A DNA stretch of 64,000 nucleotides from a virus. Its lineage: Duplodnaviria; Caudoviricetes. How positions within the stretch are numbered: the first letter of the stretch is position 1; each line of letters opens with the position of its first letter. The position numbers and the translations under genes are program-made. Location of the stretch: IMG/VR virus record IMGVR_UViG_3300011242_000002, positions 64,001 to 128,000 of that record. One strand, given 5' to 3'. Under the pieces are notes generated by a model that saw nothing but the letters and a program-made list of their open reading frames with translations, ran no database searches and was not told where the DNA came from. Of the stretch, positions 9,066 to 18,136 are shown one piece after another.

Positions 9066-9647
9066 ATGAAAAGAACAAAAAATATTCGCCGTGACCGTTT
9101 TCGTAAAGTGCATCGGTTCGGCTCTTTATCTATGGCATTAATGGTAGCAACCGGTGCGTTTGTCATGACCGGCTGTGAGGAACCCGCTGACCAGGCTGTG
9201 GCAATGTACAAGAACTCAGACGATTGCGTGAAAGCCAATCCCGCTGAGACGGAACAGTGCAACAAGGCCTGGCAGCGTTCCTTGCAGGAAAGTGACAAGA
9301 CCGGACCGAAGTACAGCAACCAGGGCGAGTGCACCGATGAATTTGGTTACGGCCAGTGTTATCAGCACAGCAGTGGTGGCGGGTATGTGTACACCCCCTA
9401 TCCCGCCGGGTTTATGTACGGCAGCCACGGCTCATACGCCCAACCGCTGTATTCATCCAGCCGTCCATCAAGCGCAACCTATCGCAGCTTCTCGGATGCC
9501 AACGGACATAACTACGGCAGTGCTGTATCGGGCCGTAGCATCATGACCACCCGCAGCAACATTGCGCCCAAGCCTGCCACCACGACCACGGTCACCCGCA
9601 GCGGCTTTGGGCGTTCTTTTTCATCCCACGCCAGCTTTGGAGGGTAA
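9066..9647 (+). CDS. ygiB: DUF1190 family (YgiB-like) lipoprotein
   Basis: MKRTKNIR...FRK, lipobox MTGC, YKNSDDC..ANP...C, PKY...C..EFG.GQC, QPLYSS..P.S, APKPATTTTVTRSGFG and terminal GG all match enterobacterial YgiB as recalled. Confidence 0.85.
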   Translation: MKRTKNIRRDRFRKVHRFGSLSMALMVATGAFVMTGCEEPADQAVAMYKNSDDCVKANPAETEQCNKAWQRSLQESDKTGPKYSNQGECTDEFGYGQCYQHSSGGGYVYTPYPAGFMYGSHGSYAQPLYSSSRPSSATYRSFSDANGHNYGSAVSGRSIMTTRSNIAPKPATTTTVTRSGFGRSFSSHASFGG

Positions 9648-9648
9648 G

Positions 9649-10323
9649 ATGACGATTGAAATTTACAGCCGCAGTTTTGTGATTAGCATTTTGAATCCCG
9701 CAGAGGAAACCTGTCTGCATATCGACTGTCTGGAAAGCAACCTCGGTGGGTTGGAGCAGTTTCTTCGCTTTGATGCTTTGGGGTTTAAAAACCTGCAGGG
9801 GTCAGACGACTTTACCCTGAACAGCCACAAGGTGATTTCTAAGGAAGGGGTGATTGAGGCAAAACAGGGCAAGATCTTTTACCAGATCGTTGACGGCAAG
9901 GTAGGCTTTAATCCGCTCAACGGCTGCCTGGGTGAGTATGGCTTCACGGTATCGCTGGACAAGCTGGCTGAACTGCTGGCGCGTGAAACCCGACAGGGGC
10001 GTTGGGATGATTACTGCATGGGTGCTATTGAGCACACCGGGAAGAAGTTCTATCTTTACACCCACCTGCTGTTTAAGGACATGATTACGGTTACCGACCG
10101 TGAAAGCTTCTATGTGGAACTCCGTAATAAAGAATCGAACTGGAGCGTAAAAGATTCCTATATTACCTCAGTGATGATCGATCGCTTACCGCCTGATCTC
10201 GCGCTTAAACCGAAAGAGTACTGGCAGGTCGCACGCGGCGCATGTAACTTAACCGTAGAGCTGCTGCAGGCGCATAAACTCAACAGCATCACTGACATCA
10301 AAGACCACTTTAACATAGCGTAA
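9649..10323 (+). CDS. Hypothetical protein
   Basis: Start moved to ATG 9649 (GGAGG RBS), just after the ygiB stop. Confidence 0.65.
   Translation: MTIEIYSRSFVISILNPAEETCLHIDCLESNLGGLEQFLRFDALGFKNLQGSDDFTLNSHKVISKEGVIEAKQGKIFYQIVDGKVGFNPLNGCLGEYGFTVSLDKLAELLARETRQGRWDDYCMGAIEHTGKKFYLYTHLLFKDMITVTDRESFYVELRNKESNWSVKDSYITSVMIDRLPPDLALKPKEYWQVARGACNLTVELLQAHKLNSITDIKDHFNIA
10158..10175 (+). promoter_or_regulatory. Possible intragenic early promoter
   Basis: CTATATTACCTCAGTGA matches CTAYATTA-N5-RTG with the same spacing as the intergenic copies. Confidence 0.45.
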
Positions 10324-10335
10324 TGGATACACCGA

Positions 10336-10518
10336 ATGAACATCTTTAATCTGTTTGGCAAACACCGGAGCGCTTTCGCCAAATACCGCGAACAGCGCAT
10401 GCGTGAATTACGGCACTGCAGTTTCAACGGCCAGCCGATCCAGTGGTTTACCGGCCCGGAGACCACCACGTATTACGATGCTAACGGCAAGCTGATTAAA
10501 TCCGTTACCGTGCATTAA
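10336..10518 (+). CDS. Hypothetical protein (60 aa)
   Basis: Fills the gap between co-oriented genes; GGA RBS. Confidence 0.5.
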   Translation: MNIFNLFGKHRSAFAKYREQRMRELRHCSFNGQPIQWFTGPETTTYYDANGKLIKSVTVH

Positions 10519-10529
10519 GAGGGAACTGC

Positions 10530-10826
10530 ATGCTTATTGCTATATTACTATGGGTTGTCATCGTGTTCTTTGGGCTCATCTTTGTTGGGTTACTCTTTGA
10601 CGGCTCGATTACCGGTATTACTGGCGCGACCATGGGTGTGTCGTTACTGATCATCTTCTTGTGTGTAAGAGGGCTTGATCGCAACGAAGCCAGTCAGGTC
10701 TGTGATGCCATCAACGGGGTTGGCGGTCAGGCGTACTTCAGCTCCGGTAAGTGTGTTATTAGAAACGACGGCGGGTTCCCTGTTAATACGGAAAGCGACC
10801 GTTATGTGTATCTCAATCAACAGTAG
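10530..10826 (+). CDS. Two-TM membrane protein
   Basis: GAGGG RBS; two hydrophobic segments. Confidence 0.65.
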   Translation: MLIAILLWVVIVFFGLIFVGLLFDGSITGITGATMGVSLLIIFLCVRGLDRNEASQVCDAINGVGGQAYFSSGKCVIRNDGGFPVNTESDRYVYLNQQ

Positions 10827-10839
10827 TCGGACATTTTAA

Positions 10840-11151
10840 ATGGAACGTAAACAATACAGCAGCTTGCGCGAGATTGCCATGGATACCATGCCAGGCGATT
10901 TAATCCGTCATTCATCCTGGCCGGAGCACACGGTCTTTGCCTGCTCCACGGAATTTCTGATGGGTTTTGGTAATTACCCGTACGCCGATCGCCCGGTACA
11001 TAACGTGCGCGGGATGCCGGAAATTAAGAAAGGCGGTCACTGGACGCATGGGGGTAAATACCCACCGCGTGTCAACACGGTAAATCGCCTTGCGGTGCGC
11101 GCTTCTTCTGTCCCGCACCATGTGCCGCTGATCAAGCCGGTACGCGCTTAG
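10840..11151 (+). CDS. Hypothetical protein
   Basis: Last ORF before a convergent hairpin. Confidence 0.6.
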   Translation: MERKQYSSLREIAMDTMPGDLIRHSSWPEHTVFACSTEFLMGFGNYPYADRPVHNVRGMPEIKKGGHWTHGGKYPPRVNTVNRLAVRASSVPHHVPLIKPVRA

Positions 11152-11154
11152 GCG

Positions 11155-11204
11155 CCATAAAGTCAGGTAAGCCCCGTGAAGGGCTTACCTGACACTTATG
11201 CCGG
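11155..11204. terminator. Convergent-gene hairpin (GCATAA/TTATGC family)
   Basis: CCATAA, 13-bp stem GTCAGGTAAGCCC/GGGCTTACCTGAC, then TTATGCCGG. Confidence 0.7.
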
Positions 11205-11609
11205 TTTGTTAAGCATACTCGGGTACAACACCAAATCGTCAGGCAGGGCTGAACGACTCTCAAGGTCTGGGCGACCAAACAGCTTGACGAAGGCGTACAT
11301 CGGTAACCAGTACTTCATCCCCAACCCACAGCGCTGAATGTTCAGTTTGAACAACGTGTCGGCTTCTTCCTTGGTCCCGATACCCCTTACCGCCAGCAGG
11401 TACAGATAGTCGTGTACAATGCAGGCCGGGAAGTAACGGTAGTACGGAGGAAACAGCGACCACAGTATCCGAGGGATAGTGCCGCCATCAGTGATCAGGC
11501 CTTTTGGTACGATGACTTCTGGCGTTACGTAATCTTCGGTCAACATAAAACGATCCCGCTTGTTTAAATAGCGGCACGCAACGTCTGGTAATGTAACTGT
11601 ATCGGACAT
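11196..11609 (-). CDS. DUF1353 domain protein
   Basis: VPKGLITDGGTIPR..WSLFPP...Y.PACIVHDYLY...EADTLF; start moved to MSDTV to avoid overlap with the next gene. Confidence 0.8.
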   Translation of the reverse strand: MSDTVTLPDVACRYLNKRDRFMLTEDYVTPEVIVPKGLITDGGTIPRILWSLFPPYYRYFPACIVHDYLYLLAVRGIGTKEEADTLFKLNIQRCGLGMKYWLPMYAFVKLFGRPDLESRSALPDDLVLYPSMLNKPA

Positions 11610-11660
11610 GAACCACCCCTGTGTAAACATCGCTATCATACCATTTTCAGGAGACCTGCT

Positions 11661-12080
11661 ATGTCTAGAGCTAACATCATCGCCGAGCGCATTCTGGGTG
11701 CGCTGAACAATGACCCGATTTACCACAGCAACCTCTTGTGTCGCACCACCGCACCCTCGTCTTTTGGTGGCGTAATCATCGCCATGTTTATTATGCCAAT
11801 TGCCGATAACGACCTGAATGCCGAAATGATGGAGCGGCGAATCTTAGCCGAGATGCGCGAAGAGGACATCTACGTGGCGTTTCATAAAACCCGGCGTCAG
11901 GAAGGTGAGCGCTTGCTGACCGTGACCAAGCCGCTGGAGCGGAGTCACATCAACTACACCTACGGCAATCTGCAAGGGTTTACCAAGCTGTGGTTAATTG
12001 AGGCCACCGATGCTAAGCGGGCAGTGGCGGAACACAAAGCCAAAACCCAGCCCAAACAGATCACCGTGGGGAGGCACTAG
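11661..12080 (+). CDS. Hypothetical protein
   Basis: AGGAG RBS. Confidence 0.65.
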   Translation: MSRANIIAERILGALNNDPIYHSNLLCRTTAPSSFGGVIIAMFIMPIADNDLNAEMMERRILAEMREEDIYVAFHKTRRQEGERLLTVTKPLERSHINYTYGNLQGFTKLWLIEATDAKRAVAEHKAKTQPKQITVGRH

Positions 12081-12089
12081 GAGGAAGCC

Positions 12090-12245
12090 ATGTTTGCCGT
12101 CTTTACCGCCATTGCTGTTGGTCTGGGGTACCTAGCGTATCGCTTAAGTGCCGCCTTCACCCATCAGGCCGTCTGGTTCATTATTTTCTCTGGCCTATTG
12201 GCCTTTTCAACCGGGTTTTTATTTAAAGCCCTCTTTTTCTACTAA
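12090..12245 (+). CDS. 51-aa two-TM membrane protein (not in ORF track)
   Basis: AGGAGG RBS; MFAVFTAIAVGLGYLAYRLSAAFTHQAVWFIIFSGLLAFSTGFLFKALFFY; fills the gap exactly. Confidence 0.7.
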   Translation: MFAVFTAIAVGLGYLAYRLSAAFTHQAVWFIIFSGLLAFSTGFLFKALFFY

Positions 12246-12256
12246 GGAAACTTAAC

Positions 12257-12856
12257 ATGTCTAAATCACACAGCCTTGAAGAATTACGTTCACTCATGCG
12301 CCCAGCTATGGCAGTCGCACTTATGTCGCTGATTGGTGGCGAGTCACTTCAGCTGTACAACCCTAACTTAACACAAAATGAACGTGTCAAAAATAATGGG
12401 ATGGTTCGTGATGTGCCAGAAGGGATGGTTGGGTTCGGGTCATCCGTCGTCGTTGTCATGGCAAATGGGTATTACCGTGTGGCATACGCTTACTTTGTTG
12501 ATGAACGTTGCCGTGAGCTCTTTGGTTTTGGTCTGACCATGGAAGGCGATCATGTTGTATTAAAGCGCCCTGAATCAAAAGGTGCCAGTGCGTCTTTAGG
12601 TTACAGCTACTATAAAGACGAGCAGGGTCGTGACATGATCGTGGGTGATTATACACATGAGCTTAATAATGCCTACATGGATCTGCTCAACACACCGCAA
12701 TTTGCGCATGTTGATCCGGCCGGTCATGCTTATATCTACAGTAACTCAGCCAAGATCTATATCGCCGATTTGCTGATCACCGCCGCCTGGTGCGGTGATG
12801 AAGTTGTCGTTACAGACTGTTTTGTCAAAATCGAAGGGAAAGGGGGTAGCGTGTGA
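12257..12856 (+). CDS. Hypothetical protein
   Basis: TAAGGA RBS. Confidence 0.7.
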   Translation: MSKSHSLEELRSLMRPAMAVALMSLIGGESLQLYNPNLTQNERVKNNGMVRDVPEGMVGFGSSVVVVMANGYYRVAYAYFVDERCRELFGFGLTMEGDHVVLKRPESKGASASLGYSYYKDEQGRDMIVGDYTHELNNAYMDLLNTPQFAHVDPAGHAYIYSNSAKIYIADLLITAAWCGDEVVVTDCFVKIEGKGGSV

Positions 12857-13236
12857 TTGTCGGTATCTTTGCGTTAATCGCAGGTTTTGCCTGCATCATT
12901 TATTCCATCGTCCAGTTTGTGAAAGCCAGGCGACTGGTGTATCTCAACATGCTCAGTTCCGAATATAACCTGTGGGGGATATTCGGTCTGTTAGGCGTAA
13001 TAGTGTTCATGAGTATCGCCGCCTGGTCGTTCCGTAACGTGTATCTAAATAACGCGTGCATCAGCGAACGGACAGCCGAGATAGAACAGTGTAGCAAAAT
13101 GGAGAACGTCTGGCCTGGTCGGATACTGTTCACTGACCACTGCTATTTCGAAATGAACAACGGTATCTACATGCGTCATGCCAGTGATGATACCAAGCTG
13201 TACACCAAGCAAGAAGTACTCGATCGTAAACCATAA
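12853..13236 (+). CDS. Two-TM membrane protein
   Basis: GTGA overlap with upstream gene; two hydrophobic segments. Confidence 0.65.
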   Translation: MIVGIFALIAGFACIIYSIVQFVKARRLVYLNMLSSEYNLWGIFGLLGVIVFMSIAAWSFRNVYLNNACISERTAEIEQCSKMENVWPGRILFTDHCYFEMNNGIYMRHASDDTKLYTKQEVLDRKP

Positions 13237-13253
13237 CCCGTAGGAGTTTTATC

Positions 13254-13454
13254 ATGTTTCAGCTTATTCTGGTTATTCTGCTCGGCCTGCTTAACACTGG
13301 CATTTCTGTTTACAGCTATCGTCGCGCACAGTCAGCCTATGGGGTGGACGATCGGCTTTACAATATCTGGTGGTGGTTGTCCTTATGTACGGCAATCTCC
13401 GTAATGTGCATCGCGATTAGCGCTGGCACGGTAATCAAACGCATCTATTTTTAA
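13254..13454 (+). CDS. Small two-TM membrane protein
   Basis: TAGGAG RBS. Confidence 0.65.
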   Translation: MFQLILVILLGLLNTGISVYSYRRAQSAYGVDDRLYNIWWWLSLCTAISVMCIAISAGTVIKRIYF

Positions 13455-13456
13455 GT

Positions 13457-13474
13457 CTATATTACCTGAGTGTA
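13457..13474 (+). promoter_or_regulatory. phiKZ-type early promoter
   Basis: CTATATTACCTGAGTGTA, intergenic. Confidence 0.7.
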
Positions 13475-13541
13475 ATCCCGAACATACACCGTAGTTATTA
13501 TGCTACACCACACCCCAAAACTGAAAACACAGGAACCCGTT

Positions 13542-14585
13542 ATGACTCTTAAAACTATGGCCGAACTGAACGCGAACCAACCTCACCTGCGCGACCTGGA
13601 AATCACCGTTGACGGTCTCAACGTCGTTGACATCCAATTAGCCGGCCCGGGCGTATGGGCGCCACGCTTCACGGTTCAGATTTCTGGTGACCGTGGCCTT
13701 GACGATACCACCGGTCAGCGCAGCGTTTATCTGCAAGCAGCAGAATACCTGCGCAGCGTGCTGCTGCTGAATGGCCAGGGTGACGGCACCCAGCAACACG
13801 CGTTTGTTCCGCATGCCAACCTTCATCGTGCAGACCTGGACGCTGATATTGAAGCCGCTGTTGTTGCCGCTAACGCGGCTATCGGTGGGCTGATGGCGCT
13901 TTATAAAGGCGTGAAGATTGACGAAACCGACGAAATGGCGGCAGAGGGTCACTATGAATGTCACACCCACGCCCTGCATATCCATATCCGCAGCGTCGAC
14001 TTCGACCTGGCTGAGCGCACGGTACTGCCTGCTAAAACTATTGATCGTTTAAACGTGTTGCTGGGGGGGTCGGCTAATCCGACACCTGAACTGACTGCGT
14101 TGACGAACCGTAAAGCAGATGCACCCGCAGAGCCCGAGCTTTCCGTATCCAACGTGACCAAATCTTTCGACGGTGTGCTGCATGCTAGCGTAGTGTTGGA
14201 AGGCAGTTTCGTTGCGCCGAATCAGGTATATTGGATCCCGGCCAACCGCGTTGATGAATTCCCGTCACTGGAAGCCATCCGTCGTGGTACCGTACTAACC
14301 TGTGTTGCAAACAGTAATGACTGGGTGGAGTACCTGGTGCAGTTACCTACTGATGAAGTTACCCTGCCTGAAGTTGATGTGCGTGCAACGACGGTGCTGA
14401 TTGACGGCATTCCACATAAACGTTTCGAGCGCCAGGACAACGGTCGTCAAAATGTTTTCTGGGTGCCGGAAACCATTGAGGTGGTCATTGACCAGAACCA
14501 TGAGATTCCGGATGACCTGCTGATGGTCATTATCGCCGAAGACGATAACGGTAATCTGGAATGGCGTGTCACCGGTCGTAAATAA
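13542..14585 (+). CDS. Hypothetical protein (~347 aa)
   Basis: Start moved to ATG 13542 (AGGA RBS); lies downstream of the promoter motif. Confidence 0.7.
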   Translation: MTLKTMAELNANQPHLRDLEITVDGLNVVDIQLAGPGVWAPRFTVQISGDRGLDDTTGQRSVYLQAAEYLRSVLLLNGQGDGTQQHAFVPHANLHRADLDADIEAAVVAANAAIGGLMALYKGVKIDETDEMAAEGHYECHTHALHIHIRSVDFDLAERTVLPAKTIDRLNVLLGGSANPTPELTALTNRKADAPAEPELSVSNVTKSFDGVLHASVVLEGSFVAPNQVYWIPANRVDEFPSLEAIRRGTVLTCVANSNDWVEYLVQLPTDEVTLPEVDVRATTVLIDGIPHKRFERQDNGRQNVFWVPETIEVVIDQNHEIPDDLLMVIIAEDDNGNLEWRVTGRK

Positions 14586-14597
14586 GTAACACCGCAC

Positions 14598-14637
14598 CGG
14601 CATAACGGCCAGGGGGCCTCCCCCTGGCTCTTTATCC
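14598..14637. terminator. Hairpin (GCATAA family)
   Basis: CGGCATAA, GCCAGGGGG/CCCCCTGGC stem, then TTTATCC. Confidence 0.6.
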
Positions 14638-14642
14638 TTAAC

Positions 14643-15257
14643 ATGTTGGAGTATAAGATGAACCCGTATTACGAAGTCGATAAGAAAGCCATTACCGATA
14701 TCCTGAATCAGAAACTCACCCATAATCGTGAACGCGTGGCGCTGATGCGTTTCTTTGAGTCTGTGGCGCAGGCGTACGGTAGCCCAGATAATGAAAAACG
14801 CCTGGTAGATTTGTTTGACATGCTGATGGACGAGCAGGCCAACCCCGCGCATGTCTGCTCATTGATGTTCTGTTTTATGGTTACCCCGGCCAAAATGGCA
14901 CGCCTGCCTAATCGTGAGCGCATCACCAGCTACATCGGGCATAAACTGGCGGGCCTTGACTATTCGGCACGACAGGGTCTGCAGCCGTCGGCGGTGACCT
15001 GCCGGACGGCTGATCCCGTTGATGACGCACCCAATATTAGTCTTGATACATTAACCAAGTTGCAGGCACTGTGTGAGGAACACAAAAGCTGGTTGCAGCG
15101 CATGACGCGCACTACGGACTTCAATCCAATGAATCACCCGACGTCAGCGGCGCTGCGTGAACGTGATGTGATTCGCTCGCAACTTACTTCACTGGCTACG
15201 CCGGACGTTATTGAAGCTCTGGTGGCCATCGCCATGAAAGCGCGGGGTGAGAAGTGA
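14643..15257 (+). CDS. Hypothetical protein
   Basis: ORF; true start may be the MNPYY ATG, which has a GGAG RBS. Confidence 0.65.
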   Translation: MLEYKMNPYYEVDKKAITDILNQKLTHNRERVALMRFFESVAQAYGSPDNEKRLVDLFDMLMDEQANPAHVCSLMFCFMVTPAKMARLPNRERITSYIGHKLAGLDYSARQGLQPSAVTCRTADPVDDAPNISLDTLTKLQALCEEHKSWLQRMTRTTDFNPMNHPTSAALRERDVIRSQLTSLATPDVIEALVAIAMKARGEK

Positions 15258-15577
15258 ATAAGGTCATGGATATGAACAGTCCTGAGAACCTGCGGCTGCG
15301 TGAAACGTTGGTTGAGCTGTCCTTGGTGCGTTCTCAGGCTATCAACGATAAGCGTCCGGTAAACACAGCCATTCGTTTACGCTGCACCCTGCTGCAGATG
15401 ACTAAGCCACCCCAGTTGATTTACGACATGCTCGAGCAGATTCGGCGTAAGCAGTTGTGCGACCATGAACTGTCTAAGTGCATCACCAGCTATAACGAAT
15501 TGGTCACCGGCCAACTCGAAATGATTCGTGACGGCGTAGTGGTGACCATTATCGGTAACCAAACACCTATCGAGTAG
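15254..15577 (+). CDS. Hypothetical protein
   Basis: GTGA overlap with upstream gene. Confidence 0.55.
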   Translation: MNKVMDMNSPENLRLRETLVELSLVRSQAINDKRPVNTAIRLRCTLLQMTKPPQLIYDMLEQIRRKQLCDHELSKCITSYNELVTGQLEMIRDGVVVTIIGNQTPIE

Positions 15578-15631
15578 TGCAGTAAAAACCTTTAATCCAA
15601 CTACGGGCAATGCGGCCCCTAAGGAAATAAC

Positions 15632-16435
15632 ATGAAACAGAGTTATAAAGTTGAGTTTGAACTGAATGATACCGTTGTGAACCCAGGTGTTAACATGAAA
15701 CCTTACCAGGTGCTTGAGTCTGTGTACCTCGAGATCAACGGCTTTCGCGGTAAAAGCTACGGGCTTCAGGTGTTCCTGGAACCGGATTCTCTCAACGCGC
15801 TGAACGCTGGTGAATTTACCACCAAGCTGCTGGAATACTGCTATGAGCTCACCACCCTTGGCGATAAGCCATCGGTTGTGTTGGGTAGCGGGTCGGTCAG
15901 TCGCTGTCAGTCTTTTGAAACCACCCACCGTCGCCGCATTACGTCACGCTCGGTTACGCACGATGTGATTTCTGAACTGCTGCACGACGCCATTGGTTCA
16001 CTGGCATTATGCGACGTTGAGGTTTATGACAGCCAGATGTCTGAGTGTCTGACCTTCCTCAACGCCGTTCGCCAAACGACTTCGTATGCTGACGGTGTGA
16101 GTAAGGCAGGCCCTATTGTGTCGCACCGCTTCTTTATGGGGGTCGAGACCAGCGTCCCTGGCTTGACGGGTAAACGCCGGTTTATCGTTGAGCATGCGTC
16201 GATGAACGTCTTCACCATTATTGGTGTGCACACCATTTGGAAATACAGCAACCCTGATGATCTCGACGCACCTACCGTGTTATACACCGACTCGGCAAAA
16301 TGCATCAGTAAAGGCGAGAAAATCATAACCGGCGACGGTCAGATGCTGGTGCCGAATACCAGCATGATCAAGCCCATGACGGTAGATGAAGTGTTAGCGC
16401 GCATGCGCGGCACGTCATTACCGGTGCTTAACTAG
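15632..16435 (+). CDS. Hypothetical protein
   Basis: TAAGGA RBS. Confidence 0.7.
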   Translation: MKQSYKVEFELNDTVVNPGVNMKPYQVLESVYLEINGFRGKSYGLQVFLEPDSLNALNAGEFTTKLLEYCYELTTLGDKPSVVLGSGSVSRCQSFETTHRRRITSRSVTHDVISELLHDAIGSLALCDVEVYDSQMSECLTFLNAVRQTTSYADGVSKAGPIVSHRFFMGVETSVPGLTGKRRFIVEHASMNVFTIIGVHTIWKYSNPDDLDAPTVLYTDSAKCISKGEKIITGDGQMLVPNTSMIKPMTVDEVLARMRGTSLPVLN

Positions 16436-16446
16436 CAACCGTATTC

Positions 16447-16477
16447 AGAGGGGTTTCGGTCCCTCTTTTTTTTTTTG
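16447..16477 (+). terminator. Intrinsic terminator
   Basis: AGAGGG...TTCG...CCCTCT followed by a long T-run. Confidence 0.8.
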
Positions 16478-16523
16478 TTACCACGATCAATTCTATACAC
16501 TTCTTTCTGGCTAAGGATACTTC

Positions 16524-17018
16524 ATGTCTGAACAAAACGTTACACAAGAACTGCTGTCGACCTACGTCGTCATTGATAACCAAGCGCACTACCCGATCGC
16601 GGTAGAATTAAAAGCTGGCGGTGACATTGCAGAGGCATTAGAGCTGTTACGTGAAGGCTATCTGGTAAAGCACAAAGATAACGTCCAGCATAAGCTTATC
16701 ATTGCGGGGATGTTTGATGCGCTGCTTGCTGAGGCACCGCACCTGAACCTCAACTATGACCGCTCGATCAAGCTCGGTACCGTCACCCTGTACTATGGGA
16801 AAACCAGCCGTTTGGCGCCGGTGACCACCAAAGATCTGTCAAAGTACTTTGAAGAACCGGTCAAAACTGACACGGTGGTGAGCGATGAGCTGGACCTCAG
16901 TGGGTTAGCTGACATTGACTTTGATGCGGTCAACCAGCGCGTTGAGCAAATGCAGGCTGGCGGCGGTGAAGTGGTCGCTGAGAGCAACGAGTGCGAAGGC
17001 GGCGGTTGCAAGATTTAA
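16524..17018 (+). CDS. Protein with an acidic linker and an NrdA-like C-terminal CxxxxCKI tail
   Basis: TAAGGA RBS; ends ...ESNECEGGGCKI. Confidence 0.75.
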   Translation: MSEQNVTQELLSTYVVIDNQAHYPIAVELKAGGDIAEALELLREGYLVKHKDNVQHKLIIAGMFDALLAEAPHLNLNYDRSIKLGTVTLYYGKTSRLAPVTTKDLSKYFEEPVKTDTVVSDELDLSGLADIDFDAVNQRVEQMQAGGGEVVAESNECEGGGCKI

Positions 17019-17022
17019 CCTG

Positions 17023-17060
17023 AGGGTCGGGTCGCTTCGGCGGTCCGACCCTTATGCCGA
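17023..17060. terminator. Hairpin (TTATGCCG family)
   Basis: AGGGTCGG...TTCG...CCGACCCT followed by TATGCCGA. Confidence 0.6.
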
Positions 17061-17158
17061 TTGATGATATGTAAAACTGCACATATGTGACCTGTATATA
17101 TAACCACACATTTATTGGCTAGGGTCCGTCCCTGGCCTTTATTGCACTAGGGGGTAGT

Positions 17159-18118
17159 ATGCTAGAGCTGTTGTATGGGACCGACGCCACGAACGACGCG
17201 GATAATAAAAGTGACCTGTCAGGTTATACCAACGGACAACAGGCTAACTCAATGCAGACCCATGCATTTTTAAACAACATCTTTGCTAACGGCGGGGTGC
17301 TGGCGATCTACAATAACCGGGTATTGTATCTGAAAGGCTCGACCATGGCGCGCTACCGGTTCGCTACCCCGCCGGTGTATGAGGACACGATTGATCTGAC
17401 CGCACCCATCGCCTACGACCTTAATGGTAGTGTGTTCCAATACGGCAAGTACGTGTACTTTGGCCAGTCGCGTGGTGATCAACAGCTTATCACTCGCGTT
17501 AACCTGACCAATGGTGCAGTGGTGGTCTATCCGGTGACTCCGGTCACCAAAGGCATGTTTTGCTATTACGAAGGCTACCTGTATATCACCGGTGGGTTTA
17601 TCGGCACCGCGTTGAACGACACCAAGCTGTGGCGCTTGGACGTGAGTAACCCGAGTGCCGGGTGGGTGCAGGTGGCAACCTTTGCGACCAAGCTCCCTAC
17701 CGTCATCATTGGCAGTCAGGCGTATCTTTATAATGGACGGATGCTGTTCTGCGGAGGCGGTAAGGTGGTAGCGGGTGATGTGAACAACAACGACGGCAAC
17801 ACCTACACCGTAATCCCACAGATTGATCTTGGCAACTACTCGGTGAGTTCCATCACCTCGACCATTGCCTTGCGTAATGACTACCATAACGCCACCTTTA
17901 TTAACGGCACGTATCTATCACAATACGTTTATAACCTGAGCGGGGGCAATACCAGTTACATTGGTGTGAACCTGCTGACCGGACAGGCCCGTACGTCAAA
18001 CCTGGGCAATCAGCTACCGTCGTATCACAGCCTGTTCTTCCAACAAGGGGAACTCGGGATCATCAGCGGTGGTTATGGCGGTAAAACACTCCACACGGTA
18101 CGACTCCCTAAATCATAA
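17159..18118 (+). CDS. Kelch-like beta-propeller protein, possibly virion-associated
   Basis: Kelch-like blades YLYITGG, GRMLFCGG, GIISGG; rich in G/N/T/Y. Confidence 0.55.
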   Translation: MLELLYGTDATNDADNKSDLSGYTNGQQANSMQTHAFLNNIFANGGVLAIYNNRVLYLKGSTMARYRFATPPVYEDTIDLTAPIAYDLNGSVFQYGKYVYFGQSRGDQQLITRVNLTNGAVVVYPVTPVTKGMFCYYEGYLYITGGFIGTALNDTKLWRLDVSNPSAGWVQVATFATKLPTVIIGSQAYLYNGRMLFCGGGKVVAGDVNNNDGNTYTVIPQIDLGNYSVSSITSTIALRNDYHNATFINGTYLSQYVYNLSGGNTSYIGVNLLTGQARTSNLGNQLPSYHSLFFQQGELGIISGGYGGKTLHTVRLPKS

Positions 18119-18136
18119 CAAACGAAGGATTTACTG

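Noticed and set aside
10540-10556. CTATATTAC inside the start of a membrane-protein gene
   Set aside because: Lacks the RTG at +13 shared by the other copies and is explained by Ala-Ile-Leu-Leu codons.
16466-16476. Long T-runs (also at 27030, 33901, 38752, 51339) as frameshift or assembly artefacts
   Set aside because: All are intergenic and follow hairpins, consistent with terminators.
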